Shown here one piece after another: positions 1 to 9,783 of a DNA stretch of 64,000 nucleotides. The notes under the pieces are model-generated. The model did no database searches. It had not been told where the DNA came from and saw only the letters and a program-made list of their open reading frames with translations. This DNA comes from Minisyncoccota bacterium. GTDB taxonomy: Bacteria; Patescibacteriota; Minisyncoccia; Phycocordibacterales; Phycocordibacteraceae. Position 1 is the first letter of the stretch. Each line of letters opens with the position of its first letter. Location of the stretch: the NCBI GenBank assembly GCA_018062765.1, contig JAGORR010000001.1:356930-420929 (forward strand), given 5' to 3'. The position numbers and the translations under genes are program-made.

Positions 1-793
1 TCCGTGCTAAATATACCGCCTGATTCCGATAGGTACATAGAGAAGGCCTCGGTCGTCCGAAGACGAGCCGAGGCCCCGAAGTCTCTGCTATGTTTTCCCT
101 TTGCCGCGCGAAACTCACGCGCGACTCACAACAACTTAGATTGCGCTTTCGAGCCCAGCCTATGGTTCTCGTATGCGAGTTCCTAGCGTCTGGGTGAATC
201 GTCAGCCACCTCCTTTCTAGTTTGGGATCAGGCGATCAGATCATGGCGCCGGCCGATTTCTAACGGACGGACAAGCTGCGGTGCCAGGTCATGGTGACCT
301 CCCTTTTGGTGGAACACATCGTGGGGCGTCGCGCCCCGAGAACAGCCGAGACCTGTGCGTTGGGACGTATCCCGCCGCGCGTCTGGCGGTAGGAAGACTA
401 TACACGAAGCCTAAAAAATGTCAAGCACCCAAGAACGTGTCGAAATAACACGCCGCCGGCAAGCCTTTCCCAAGAACGCAGGGAAGTGCTCGCCGACGGC
501 GCTGGCTGAAATCAAATCAGCCTGGAAGGCGGTCGGTGCCGCGGGTCACTATTCGAGCGTACGTCGCTCTCGGTGATCGCGGTAGGCGGCATTCGTCGGA
601 AGCCCTGTCCCGAAGAAAGCCATCCCATCCAAAGATCTAGCCATATCGCCCTCGATGTTGCTATCGAAACGCAGGTCCCAGAGAAGGAGCTCAGGTCACT
701 CGGTACTCGTCAGATGCTCTCGTCTGGTCCTGCAGTCGTATCTACGCACGTAGAGGGAGCGTATGCAAGCTGCTGCTGTGTACGAAAAAGATA

Positions 794-817
794 GGGCCCT
801 GCACTGAGGCAGGGCCC
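794..817 (+). terminator. Perfect 9-bp GC hairpin (GGGCCCTGC-actgag-GCAGGGCCC) at the end of an ORF-poor region; no clear U-tract
   Basis: Inverted repeat read directly from the sequence; nothing upstream encodes a recognisable protein. Confidence 0.3.
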
Positions 818-893
818 GGAGTTGGCTGCGCCGATACTAAGGGGTTCGGGCTGGGTGGCGCAGCTATAGGAAGCTATCACCAGGCCTTCATTT

Positions 894-1556
894 TTGCTAT
901 ACTTCCTATACACAATGGTCATTACGCACCACGGCGGGCAGTGCTTCAAGGTCACGTTCGGGGACCTGACGCTTGCCTTCGACCCCATCTCAAAGTCAGG
1001 TACGCTGCCGCCGGTCAAATTCGGTGCGGATCTCGCGATCATCTCCCGCAACCACCCTGACATGAATGGCGCCGCGGAGGTGACCTATGGCGAGCGCGAA
1101 CCGTTTTTGATAAACGGTCCCGGCGAGTACGAACGCGCCGGAGTCGCGGTGCGCGGCTTTTTGACCAAGAGCCAGTACGGGCTTCCGAAGGGTCAGGCGG
1201 ATGCGATAAACACGATGTATTCGGTCGAGCTCGAGGATATGAATCTCGTCTTTCTAGGAGCGCTCTCCTCCACCGAGCTTCCTGCTGAGGCGCGCGAGGC
1301 GATAGATGAGATCGACATCCTATTCGTGCCGGTCGGCGGCGATGGGGTGTTGACGCCGGTCGAGGCGAACAAGCTCGCGGTCTCCCTAGAGCCCCACATC
1401 ATCATTCCTATGCACTGGAGCGGGATGGGAGAAACTAAGGCGCTCGATGCCTTCCTCAAGGAAGAGGGTGGAGAAGCTGAGAAGGTCGAGAAGCTCACCG
1501 TGCGCAAGAAGGACGTCGCCGGAAAGGACGGTGCTATCATCGTCATAACCCCGTAG
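894..1556 (+). CDS. MBL-fold metal-dependent hydrolase (UPF0173-like)
   Basis: 220-aa ORF; N-terminal motif VITHHGGQCFKV...GDLTLAFDP is typical of the UPF0173 / beta-lactamase fold; codon-dense with no internal stops. Confidence 0.55.
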   Translation: MLYFLYTMVITHHGGQCFKVTFGDLTLAFDPISKSGTLPPVKFGADLAIISRNHPDMNGAAEVTYGEREPFLINGPGEYERAGVAVRGFLTKSQYGLPKGQADAINTMYSVELEDMNLVFLGALSSTELPAEAREAIDEIDILFVPVGGDGVLTPVEANKLAVSLEPHIIIPMHWSGMGETKALDAFLKEEGGEAEKVEKLTVRKKDVAGKDGAIIVITP

Positions 1557-1558
1557 GT

Positions 1559-1879
1559 ATGAAGGAATACCTGGACTCACTTAGAAAGAAGCCGAAGGCG
1601 GTGCGCGAGCGCATCGCGATAGGCGCGTCGCTCGGCACTTCCGGCGTCATCGCCTTGGGCTGGCTTATGGTCATGATTTTCGTAACACCCTATGGGGGTG
1701 CTCCCGCTCCGTCCGAGGAGTTCAATGCATCTCTTTCTGAAACGCGCTCTTCTTTTACGGACGTGCTTGCTGGCGCGGGCGCTGCAGGCGCGACGACGAC
1801 GCGCGCAAGCGGCGTCGAGATCGTCGACACGACGCCGAATAAGCCCGCGGACGCGACGCCGTCCGCTATCGCGTTCTAG
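1559..1879 (+). CDS. Small membrane protein, hypothetical
   Basis: 106-aa ORF with one hydrophobic helix (GVIALGWLMVMIFV); starts 3 nt after the upstream gene and lies directly upstream of gyrA. Confidence 0.4.
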   Translation: MKEYLDSLRKKPKAVRERIAIGASLGTSGVIALGWLMVMIFVTPYGGAPAPSEEFNASLSETRSSFTDVLAGAGAAGATTTRASGVEIVDTTPNKPADATPSAIAF

Positions 1880-1888
1880 ATCCTGACT

Positions 1889-4360
1889 ATGGCAAAAGCT
1901 AAGGAGCCTGAAGCAGGAGGGGAAGCCGCGCCGGTACAGCGCGTCATACAGCAGTCGATTACGGGCGAGATGCGCACGTCGTATCTCGACTACGCGATGT
2001 CCGTCATTACCTCGCGCGCCCTGCCTGATGTGCGTGATGGCCTCAAGCCGGTGCATCGCCGCATCCTCTTTACGATGCGCGAAGCAGGCCTCACGCCGTC
2101 CGCAAAGTTCCGTAAGTCAGCGACGGTGGTCGGAGACGTGCTCGGTAAGTATCACCCTCATGGCGACGTCGCCGTCTACGACTCCATGGCTAAGATGGCG
2201 CAGGATTTCTCATACCGGTATCCGCTTGTCATGGGTCAGGGAAACTTCGGATCCATCGATGGCGATTCTCCTGCTGCCTACCGTTATACGGAGGCGAAGA
2301 TGTCGCGCCTTTCCGACGAGCTTCTCGCAGACCTCGAGAAGGACACGGTGACCTGGGGCGCCAACTACGACAACACCCGACAGGAACCGAAGGTGCTTCC
2401 GGCGGCGCTCCCGAATCTTCTTTTGAACGGAACGTTGGGCATCGCTGTTGGTATGGCGACCAACATCCCGCCGCATAACCTGAAGGAGGTGGTAGATGCG
2501 ACCGTGCACCTTATCGATGAGCCGGAGGCGACAACCGATGACCTCCTGGGAATCGTGAAGGGTCCTGACTTCCCTTTGGGCGGCATCGCATTCAATCAGG
2601 CAGACATCAAGCACGCGTACGCTAACGGCAAGGGCGGCGTTGTCGTGCGCGGCGAGGCAGAGATTGTCGAGGACAAGAAGGGAAGCCACATCGTGATCAC
2701 TTCTATTCCGTATCGCGTTAACAAGGCAGAACTCATCACGCGCATCGCGGAGTTGGTGCAGGAGAAGAAGCTCGAGGGCGTCCGCGACCTTCGCGATGAG
2801 TCAGCGGCAGACATTCGCGTCGTTGTCGAGCTTAAGGGCACTGCACACCCGCAGGCGGTATTAAACGCTCTCTATAAGCACACGGAATTGGAGTCCACCT
2901 TCCACTACAACATGCTGGCGCTCGTCGACGGTGTGCCGCAGACGCTGTCCTTGAAGGGTATGCTCGAGCACTTCATCGAGCACCGCAGGGAGGTGGTGAA
3001 GCGTCGCACGGAGTACGACCTCCGGAAGGCCGAGGAGCGCGAGCATATCCTCTTGGGACTCTCGAAAGCGCTCGATCATATCGACGAGGTCATCGCCATA
3101 ATCAAGAAATCAGCGGACGTTGCTGCGGCTTCCTTGGCGCTCCAGAAGAAGTTCGCGTTCTCGCAGATACAGGCGGCAGCGATTCTCGAGATGCGCCTTT
3201 CGAAGCTTGCAGGCCTCGAGCGCAAGAAGATTGAGGATGAGCTTGCGGAGGTCCAGGCGCTCATCAAGAAGCTCAAAGAGATTCTCTCCTCCGCGAAGAA
3301 GATTCTCGCGGTGGTGAAGGCCGAGCTCGTCGCTATCGGCGAGAAGTACGGAGATGATCGCCGTACGAAGATCGTGAAGGGCGGAGTGAAGAACATCTCG
3401 GTCGAGGACATGGTTCCCGACGAGGAGAGCGTCTTGGTCATCACCGCAGGCGGCTATGTGAAGCGCACTAACCCATCAGAGTACAAGGCGCAGAAGCGCG
3501 GTGGCGTTGGTGTTATCGATATGTCTACCAAAGAAGAGGATGTGGTGACCCACTTCCTTTCTACTTCGGCGCACTCCGACCTTCTCTTCTTCACGAATCT
3601 CGGCAAGGCGTACCAGACCAAGATGTACGACATCCCAGAAGGAAGGCGCGCAACGAAGGGGAAGTCCATCATGAACTTCCTGCCTTTTGCAGCCGAGGAG
3701 AAGGCGACATCAGTGCTTGCGGTTCCAAAGGGCGCCGAGCGGGATGCCTTGTCTGTGTTCTTCGTGACCGAGCAGGGCGTCGTGAAGAAAGTTGCTGCCA
3801 AGTCATTCGCTGACGTGCGCAAGTCCGGCATCATCGCGATAAACCTCAAGGGCGGAGATAAGCTCGTCTCCGCGCACTTGGCCTCCGAGGGGGATACCAT
3901 TTCCATAGTGACCGCGAAGGGGCAATCGATACGGTTTGCGGCAGACGACGTGCGCGAGATGGGGCGCACGGCGGCGGGTGTGCGCGGCATGTCTGTGAAG
4001 AAGGGAGACTCGGTAGTTTCCGCAGAAGTCATTCCAGCTGCGGACGAGAAGCACGCAGCGCTCCTCGTCGTCATGGCCAAAGGGTATGGCAAACACACAT
4101 CTATCGATGAGTACAAAATTCAGGGACGCGGTGGATCGGGTATTAAGACCGCAGAGGTGACCGGCAAGACTGGTGAGATTATCGGCGCGAAGGTTCTCAC
4201 GGGTGAATTTAAGGAGGATGAAATCGTCGTCATCTCGAAGAAAGGCCAGGTCATCCGCACGAAGGTGGGGGAGATTTCGAGCCTTGGACGCGCGACGCAG
4301 GGGGTACGCATTATGAAGTTGCGAGAGGGAGATGCCATCGCCTCCATGGTGGCGTTGTAA
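1889..4360 (+). CDS. gyrA: DNA gyrase subunit A
   Basis: 823 aa; N-terminal [26 protein letters not shown] active-site region and a C-terminal beta-pinwheel repeat region. Confidence 0.95.
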   Translation: MAKAKEPEAGGEAAPVQRVIQQSITGEMRTSYLDYAMSVITSRALPDVRDGLKPVHRRILFTMREAGLTPSAKFRKSATVVGDVLGKYHPHGDVAVYDSMAKMAQDFSYRYPLVMGQGNFGSIDGDSPAAYRYTEAKMSRLSDELLADLEKDTVTWGANYDNTRQEPKVLPAALPNLLLNGTLGIAVGMATNIPPHNLKEVVDATVHLIDEPEATTDDLLGIVKGPDFPLGGIAFNQADIKHAYANGKGGVVVRGEAEIVEDKKGSHIVITSIPYRVNKAELITRIAELVQEKKLEGVRDLRDESAADIRVVVELKGTAHPQAVLNALYKHTELESTFHYNMLALVDGVPQTLSLKGMLEHFIEHRREVVKRRTEYDLRKAEEREHILLGLSKALDHIDEVIAIIKKSADVAAASLALQKKFAFSQIQAAAILEMRLSKLAGLERKKIEDELAEVQALIKKLKEILSSAKKILAVVKAELVAIGEKYGDDRRTKIVKGGVKNISVEDMVPDEESVLVITAGGYVKRTNPSEYKAQKRGGVGVIDMSTKEEDVVTHFLSTSAHSDLLFFTNLGKAYQTKMYDIPEGRRATKGKSIMNFLPFAAEEKATSVLAVPKGAERDALSVFFVTEQGVVKKVAAKSFADVRKSGIIAINLKGGDKLVSAHLASEGDTISIVTAKGQSIRFAADDVREMGRTAAGVRGMSVKKGDSVVSAEVIPAADEKHAALLVVMAKGYGKHTSIDEYKIQGRGGSGIKTAEVTGKTGEIIGAKVLTGEFKEDEIVVISKKGQVIRTKVGEISSLGRATQGVRIMKLREGDAIASMVAL

Positions 4361-4581
4361 ACCGCGGATAAGGGTCATCTGCGTCGTTTCTCATTCCGGT
4401 GCTCGCTCACCGTATTTCAATACGGCTCGCTTCGCTCCTCATTCGTGCCTCGCATCTGAACCCTTCTTCACGGTTTATTGAGTGACTTAGTATCTGCTTC
4501 CAATTTTCGCCAAAATTCCTGTGGCGTTGCGCTTTATAGGTGTCGGGCTACACTCGAGAACGGAAAGAAAGGAGGGCCCCA

Positions 4582-5238
4582 ATGGACCTCGATGCACTTA
4601 AGGAACGTTTCTTCAGGCTCTGGCATTTCTCAGACGCCAAGCAGGTCATCTGGAACGATGTGATCGCTCGTTATGGTGAGAAGCATCGCTTCTACCACAC
4701 GCTCGAACATATCGGCCACTGTCTCACGGAGTTCGATATCGCCCGCAAGTATCTCACGCTTCCGCGCGCGACCGACTGGGCGGCTATCGAGCACGCGCTC
4801 TGGTTCCACGACATCGTCTACAGCACGACGTCGTCCGGTAACGAGGAGAAGAGCGCGGAGTACGCCTATCGCGAGCTTCGCGGCATGGACATGCCGGTGC
4901 TGTTCTGTGATCAGGTGAAGCGGCTCATTCTCGTGACGAAGCTGCATCTGCCGCAGGCTCCCGACGAAGAGGTGATGTGCGACATCGACCTCGCCATCCT
5001 CGGGCAGCCTCGGCTGCGTTTCTCGCAGTACGAGGAATACATCAAGTTCGAATACGGAGTCGAGCCGCACGTTTTTTCCGCCGGCCGCGCGAAATTCCTC
5101 GTCGGTATGCTGAAGCGGCGACCCATCTTCTCGACGAGCCTCTTCCAACATGCGTACGAGCTCCATGCGCGCGCGAACATGGCTCTCTCCCTGCATCAGT
5201 GCGAGATAGATGTCGACATGCATGAGAATGCCGCCTGA
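4582..5238 (+). CDS. HD-superfamily phosphohydrolase (COG4339-like)
   Basis: HTLEHIGH...WFHDIVY His/Asp motifs; RBS AAAGGAGG lies 5 nt upstream of the ATG at 4582, so the track ORF start at 4540 is probably too long. Confidence 0.55.
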   Translation: MDLDALKERFFRLWHFSDAKQVIWNDVIARYGEKHRFYHTLEHIGHCLTEFDIARKYLTLPRATDWAAIEHALWFHDIVYSTTSSGNEEKSAEYAYRELRGMDMPVLFCDQVKRLILVTKLHLPQAPDEEVMCDIDLAILGQPRLRFSQYEEYIKFEYGVEPHVFSAGRAKFLVGMLKRRPIFSTSLFQHAYELHARANMALSLHQCEIDVDMHENAA

Positions 5239-5257
5239 CAACGAGTGTGACGACTGT

Positions 5258-5284
5258 AAGCGGGACGCTTAGGCGTCCCGTTTT
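5258..5284. terminator. Bidirectional intrinsic terminator (GGGACGC-ttag-GCGTCCC + TTTT) between convergent genes
   Basis: Hairpin plus T-tract read from the sequence. Confidence 0.5.
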
Positions 5285-5935
5285 CTATTTGCTACGGAGC
5301 GCAAGCAAGGAGAGGATGCCGGAGAACGCACCAGCGGACAGTAGTCCGTGCCACAGGAAGTGAGTGCCCATTGTTATGTACTCGCATGCCCACAAATCGA
5401 TAGACCGGAACAGGAGCGCGGATAGGGCGAGCACGAGTGCAAGGATGCCAAGGAGAGCGGCGCGTCCGGATACTCGATAGCTCCTCCACGTGAGTAAAAG
5501 CCCAAGGAGGACAACCGGAATTGCGACGCCTGCGAAAAAAGGTAGTTCAGGGAAGGTGGCATCGACCAGGAGTGCCGAGAGGTATTGGAGCGCGAGAAAT
5601 GCGACAAACATGAGGCCGGCGCCGAGCCATCCGTAGAACGTGCGAGCCCAAAAATATACGAAGAACAGTAGGAATAGAAGTCCTGGTGTCGTGTCGAAGG
5701 CAAGTGCCCACGGGGTGCGCAGTCCGTGCCATAGTAGGCTCCCAACGCCGTTCGTGACTAAGAGAATGCCAAGTACCCAGAGATCGTACGCGCGCGGTGC
5801 GCGGCGGTACACAAGGTAGAGTGCGAGGAGTCCGAACGCGACAATGATGAGGTTGGACCATGTATTCCATGTTTCCGCAGGGAACGCGGTTAACACATCT
5901 GGCGTCTCACAATACTGCGGACCGAAAGGGTACAT
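5285..5935 (-). CDS. Polytopic membrane protein, ceramidase-like
   Basis: 216 aa with about 7 predicted TM helices; ETWNTWSNL motif resembles the alkaline ceramidase family. Confidence 0.4.
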   Translation of the reverse strand: MYPFGPQYCETPDVLTAFPAETWNTWSNLIIVAFGLLALYLVYRRAPRAYDLWVLGILLVTNGVGSLLWHGLRTPWALAFDTTPGLLFLLFFVYFWARTFYGWLGAGLMFVAFLALQYLSALLVDATFPELPFFAGVAIPVVLLGLLLTWRSYRVSGRAALLGILALVLALSALLFRSIDLWACEYITMGTHFLWHGLLSAGAFSGILSLLALRSK

Positions 5936-5987
5936 GCGCCTAGTTTAGCAAATCGCTATTCCTCGACCTCCTTGCTCTCTCCTAGTT

Positions 5988-6025
5988 TGCTCCATCTCGG
6001 TGCCTATAGGCACCGAGATGGAGCA
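5988..6025. repeat. 38-bp perfect palindrome TGCTCCATCTCGGTGCC-TATA-GGCACCGAGATGGAGCA (copy 1 of 2)
   Basis: Second copy at 62403-62440 with a symmetric t>c / a>g change; the CT-rich upstream flank is also similar in both. Confidence 0.8.
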
Positions 6026-6175
6026 AAGAAGTTCACGGCATATCACGTTGTTACATGTACTAGCTCGCGTTTGCGCGCAAAAGCTCGCGCGCACCCAATA
6101 GTACTCACATCCTGTTCCTACTCTCCCCAAAAACCGACGACCCAAGGCAGATGCGTGCTATTTTTATACATATAT

Positions 6176-6712
6176 ATGTCATTCGCGGACCCGCGAGAGA
6201 ATGTTCTGCAGATAGGCCTTCATGACGGCATGAAGGTGGGAGACTTGGGCGCTGGATCGGGTCACTACGCGCTTGCTGCAGCTGGCGCCGTCGGAGACAC
6301 CGGTCGCGTGTACGCGATCGATGTCCAGGAGGAAGTCGTCATGCATATAAGGGACGCGGCACATCGCGCAGGGCTCAAGAATGTCGAGACGATATGGGGA
6401 GACTTCGAACGCCCTGGCGGCACCAAGCTTAAGGACGGAGTCCTCGATGCTGCCATACTCTCGAATGTCATGTTCCAGGTGGAGCATCATACGAGCGCGA
6501 TCTCGGAGGTGAAGCGCATCGTGCATCCTGGCGGAAAGGTGCTTGTCATCGACTGGGCGGGTTCCTACGGGCACTTGGGGCCTCATCCGGACCAGGTCGT
6601 TCCTGAGTCAGAAGCAGAGCGATTGTTTATACAGGCAGGATTCCACAAGGCGAAGAGTTTTCGCGCAGGTCCCCATCACTACGGTATCCTGTTTACGACA
6701 CCCGCCTCATGA
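6176..6712 (+). CDS. Class I SAM-dependent methyltransferase
   Basis: VGDLGAGSGHYAL SAM-binding motif I; start placed at the MSFADP Met at 6176, because the upstream part of the track ORF overlaps the palindrome and promoter region. Confidence 0.65.
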   Translation: MSFADPRENVLQIGLHDGMKVGDLGAGSGHYALAAAGAVGDTGRVYAIDVQEEVVMHIRDAAHRAGLKNVETIWGDFERPGGTKLKDGVLDAAILSNVMFQVEHHTSAISEVKRIVHPGGKVLVIDWAGSYGHLGPHPDQVVPESEAERLFIQAGFHKAKSFRAGPHHYGILFTTPAS

Positions 6713-8007
6713 TGCCGAACCTGAACATTCGTCCGTTCCAACTCATCGTGATCTCCGTCTTCGGAGTACTGGCGCTCGTAGGTGTGTTCGTGTTCGCCAC
6801 CTACGAGCGCAACGCAACAGGAAGCACGAGTGCGGGCAAAGTAGTTATCTGGGGCATTATCCCCGAGCGCGAGATGCAGGGGGCGATGGAGGAGCTGACG
6901 CGAAACAGCGACTATCGCAACGTGTCGTATCTGTACGTGCGGCCCGAAGCATTCGCTTCAGAGCTTGCGAACGCGCTTGCTGAGGGTAATGGCCCCGATC
7001 TGGTACTTATCTCCCAAGAGGAGCTCGCAAGCCAAGAGTCGAAGCTCTCGCTCATCTCTTTCAAGTCCGTTCCGGAAAGGACGTATCGTGATATGTACGC
7101 CACCATATTCGAGATATTCCTTACGAATGAGGGCACATACGGATTCCCGCTCGCGCTCGACCCTATGGTCATGTATTACAATCGACAAACGCTCGCGAAC
7201 GCAGGCATCGCGACGCCGCCCACAACCTGGGCCGGGATACGCGGTCTCGTGGACACGCTTACGAGCCGGCAAGGGGATACTGTCGCGAAGTCGGCAATAC
7301 CCTTCGGGAGCTACGGGAACGTGGATAATGCGCGCGGAATTATCTCGACCCTGTTCTTGCAGGCAGGCTCGCGTCTCTCCGAGCGAGGCACGAGCGGCAT
7401 ACGCGCCACATTCACTAGCGACGCGGGTGGAGGAAGCCCGGTCCAATCCGCTCTTCTCTTTTATGCAGAGTTCGCTGACCCGGTGAAGCCGTTTTATACT
7501 TGGAACAGCGCGCGCGAATCGTCCCGACAAGCGTTTCTTTCTGGAACCTTGGCGTTCTACCCGGGCTACGCGTCGGAGGCGCGTTCCCTAGCCGCAGCAA
7601 ACCCTAATCTCGACTTTGATATGGCGCGCATGCCGCAGCCGGAGGCAGGCGGCACTAAGGCGGTGTACGCGAAAGCATACGCGCTCGCGATAACCAAGGT
7701 ATCGCGCAATTACCACGGGGCATTCTCTGCAGCGCTCGGGCTTACGGAGGCCCGCATAATGTCGCTTGCTGCGCAGAGTGCCGGTCTAGCACCTGCCATG
7801 CGCACCCTGATAGCGAAGCCGCCCGCGGACCTCTACTCACCGGTCTTCTATCCGGATGCGCTCATTGCGCGCGGTTGGCTCTCCCCAGCGCCCTCCGTCA
7901 CGGACGGCATCTTCGCTGGTATGATGCAGAACGTGACTTCAGGACGCTTTACTATCGCGCAAGCAATCAAGTATGCGTCAGATTCCATCGACGCGTCGTT
8001 AAGGTAA
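6709..8007 (+). CDS. Membrane-anchored extracellular solute-binding protein (ABC-type SBP family 1-like)
   Basis: 432 aa; N-terminal TM anchor then a periplasmic-binding-protein-like sequence; ATGA overlap with the upstream gene; no cognate permease or ATPase adjacent. Confidence 0.45.
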   Translation: MMPNLNIRPFQLIVISVFGVLALVGVFVFATYERNATGSTSAGKVVIWGIIPEREMQGAMEELTRNSDYRNVSYLYVRPEAFASELANALAEGNGPDLVLISQEELASQESKLSLISFKSVPERTYRDMYATIFEIFLTNEGTYGFPLALDPMVMYYNRQTLANAGIATPPTTWAGIRGLVDTLTSRQGDTVAKSAIPFGSYGNVDNARGIISTLFLQAGSRLSERGTSGIRATFTSDAGGGSPVQSALLFYAEFADPVKPFYTWNSARESSRQAFLSGTLAFYPGYASEARSLAAANPNLDFDMARMPQPEAGGTKAVYAKAYALAITKVSRNYHGAFSAALGLTEARIMSLAAQSAGLAPAMRTLIAKPPADLYSPVFYPDALIARGWLSPAPSVTDGIFAGMMQNVTSGRFTIAQAIKYASDSIDASLR

Positions 8008-8011
8008 GGCA

Positions 8012-8464
8012 ATGAAACGCACAGCCATCTTCGTTTCTGCACTCTTGCTGACTCTTTCAGCGATGTCCGCCCCAGTGTACGCGCAGGACATGAATCTTGG
8101 GGGTGGAGCGACCGGTAACGCTAGTACCAATCTCGGCGGAGGTCCGTCAGGTAACGGTACCAATCTGGGGGGAGGCTCTCAGGGGTGCGGATTCCTTTTG
8201 AATCCACTCGACAACGAGTGCAATAGCGACATGACGCTCAATGATCTCCTTAGCAAAATATTGAACGTCATCGTCCAGATAGGTGTAGTCGTGCTCACTA
8301 TGATGCTCGTCTACGTTGGTTTTCTCTTTGTCACTGCCCAAGGGAACCCGGAAAATCTTTCCAAGGCCCGGAGCGCACTCATATGGACGATAATCGGCGG
8401 CTTCCTCGTGCTTGGCGCGAGCGTCATTGCAGAGGCGGTTAAGTCGACGGTTGAAGCGCTCTGA
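8012..8464 (+). CDS. TrbC/VirB2-type pilin-like protein (paralog 1 of 5)
   Basis: Signal peptide, Gly/Asn-rich low-complexity segment, then two TM helices separated by NPENLSKARSAL; the same motif occurs in the 22412 and 23928 proteins. Confidence 0.6.
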   Translation: MKRTAIFVSALLLTLSAMSAPVYAQDMNLGGGATGNASTNLGGGPSGNGTNLGGGSQGCGFLLNPLDNECNSDMTLNDLLSKILNVIVQIGVVVLTMMLVYVGFLFVTAQGNPENLSKARSALIWTIIGGFLVLGASVIAEAVKSTVEAL

Positions 8465-8465
8465 T

Positions 8466-8738
8466 ATGGACGGCGAGGAGGTTATCGTCGTGGGACAGAA
8501 AGGCACCTTCGCCTCGATGGTGTACAAGTTCACCGGCTTCATTGACTCCAGTATTATCCCGTTATTGTTTGCGGCCGCATTCCTCGCGATGCTGGTGGGC
8601 ATATTTCGCTATTTCATGATTCCGGGCGAGGAGAATTTGCAGAAGGGTCGCCAGTTTTTGCTGTGGGGCGGTATCGCTTTTGTGTTCATGTTCCTTATCT
8701 GGGGGCTCGTAAACCTACTCCTCGATTCGGTATTCTAG
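8466..8738 (+). CDS. TrbC/VirB2-type pilin-like protein (paralog 2)
   Basis: 90 aa; two TM helices flanking EENLQKGRQFLLWGGIAFVFMFLIWGLVNLL; ATG lies 1 nt after the paralog-1 stop. Confidence 0.55.
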   Translation: MDGEEVIVVGQKGTFASMVYKFTGFIDSSIIPLLFAAAFLAMLVGIFRYFMIPGEENLQKGRQFLLWGGIAFVFMFLIWGLVNLLLDSVF

Positions 8739-8786
8739 CTGTTTATAAGTACACATAGCCTGGCTCAGTACTGATACGCTAAACGT

Positions 8787-9215
8787 ATGAAAAAGACATT
8801 CTCCGCCCTATTGTTTTCACTAGCGCTCATGTTCACACTTACACCGTCCATTGCCTTTGCGCAGGGCCAGCAGCAGCCGCAACCTGATCAGCAGGGCACG
8901 GGTGAGTCACAGCCGAGCGAGCTCGAGCTTCGTATCGGATGGCTTCTCGACTTCGTCGATGGGTACGTCATTCCGCTCATATTCGGACTCGCATTCGTCG
9001 TATTCATCTGGTTCGTGTTCGTGTACTTCATCCTTGGCGGAGCTGAGGAAGAGCAGCGCGCTAAAGGAAAGCAGTTCCTGTTGTGGAGTCTTATTGGGTT
9101 CGTACTCATGCTCTCCTTGTGGGGTATCGTGAACCTGCTTCAGAACACCATAGGATTCGATAATAACTCCAAGCCGTGTCTGCCGGTGTTCGAACAGGAC
9201 AACGAAGACTGCTAA
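8787..9215 (+). CDS. TrbC/VirB2-type pilin-like protein (paralog 3)
   Basis: Signal peptide, Gln/Pro-rich region, two TM helices with EEQRAKGKQFLLWSLIGFVLMLSLWGIVNLL. Confidence 0.6.
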   Translation: MKKTFSALLFSLALMFTLTPSIAFAQGQQQPQPDQQGTGESQPSELELRIGWLLDFVDGYVIPLIFGLAFVVFIWFVFVYFILGGAEEEQRAKGKQFLLWSLIGFVLMLSLWGIVNLLQNTIGFDNNSKPCLPVFEQDNEDC

Positions 9216-9299
9216 TGCGGTTGTCCCCACAGTGCACCCCATACGATTGACTTCGCGCCAAAGCCGCTTACCCTTAGTACATATCCGCTTACCACTGCT

Positions 9300-9689
9300 A
9301 TGAAGAAAATTCTCTTGCTCGTCGCTCTGTTCACCATCCCGGCCATTGCGTTCGCGCAGTTTGGCGAAGGCGGTAATAATCAGGACCTTGGCGATCTCGG
9401 TCAGGAGTTCACTGACATCATCAATAACATCGCGGTTCCGCTTATCTTCGCGCTCGCGTTCGTCATCTTTATTTGGGGAGTATTCAAGTACTTCATTCTT
9501 GGTGGCGGAGACGAGGAGGCTCGCGAGAAAGGTCGCGACCTCATGATTTGGGGACTTCTGGGATTCTTCTTCATGATTTCAGTCTGGGGACTCGTGAATC
9601 TCGTCGTGAACACCATCGACCTGGAGCAAAGCGGAGCACCGGACGAAAATGACTTGCCGGACGCTCCGGGAGTCAGGGACTCGAACTAA
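9300..9689 (+). CDS. TrbC/VirB2-type pilin-like protein (paralog 4)
   Basis: Signal peptide, two TM helices with EEAREKGRDLMIWGLLGFFFMISVWGLVNLV. Confidence 0.6.
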   Translation: MKKILLLVALFTIPAIAFAQFGEGGNNQDLGDLGQEFTDIINNIAVPLIFALAFVIFIWGVFKYFILGGGDEEAREKGRDLMIWGLLGFFFMISVWGLVNLVVNTIDLEQSGAPDENDLPDAPGVRDSN

Positions 9690-9705
9690 CTCATAGTGTA
9701 GGCGA

Positions 9706-9730
9706 AAAGACCCGCTCGGCGGGTCTTTTG
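9706..9730 (+). terminator. Intrinsic terminator AAAAGACCCGC-tcg-GCGGGTCTTTT
   Basis: Hairpin plus T-tract after paralog 4. Confidence 0.6.
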
Positions 9731-9783
9731 CTATCCCCGATTAGTACGTGCCATAGATGAGTGCGGATATATACTGAACAGTA

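Noticed and set aside
207-218. CACCTCCTTTCT, resembling the anti-Shine-Dalgarno 3' end of 16S rRNA
   Set aside because: The upstream sequence lacks the conserved 16S 3'-domain, with no GGATCACCTCCTT context and no GTAACAAGGTA. A 12-mer match is expected by chance in 64 kb on two strands.
660-720. SRP-RNA-like motif CAGGTCC…GAAGGAGC
   Set aside because: The flanks do not form the required helix-8 hairpin, since GCAGGTCC does not pair with the downstream GGTCCTGC. The resemblance is superficial.
5972-6175. Track ORF start at 5972 for the methyltransferase, and the 55535 start for the histidine kinase
   Set aside because: The upstream extensions are low-complexity, overlap the palindrome and promoter or another gene in a different frame, and lack domain content. 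The downstream Mets at 6176 and 55976 give proteins beginning at the conserved domain.
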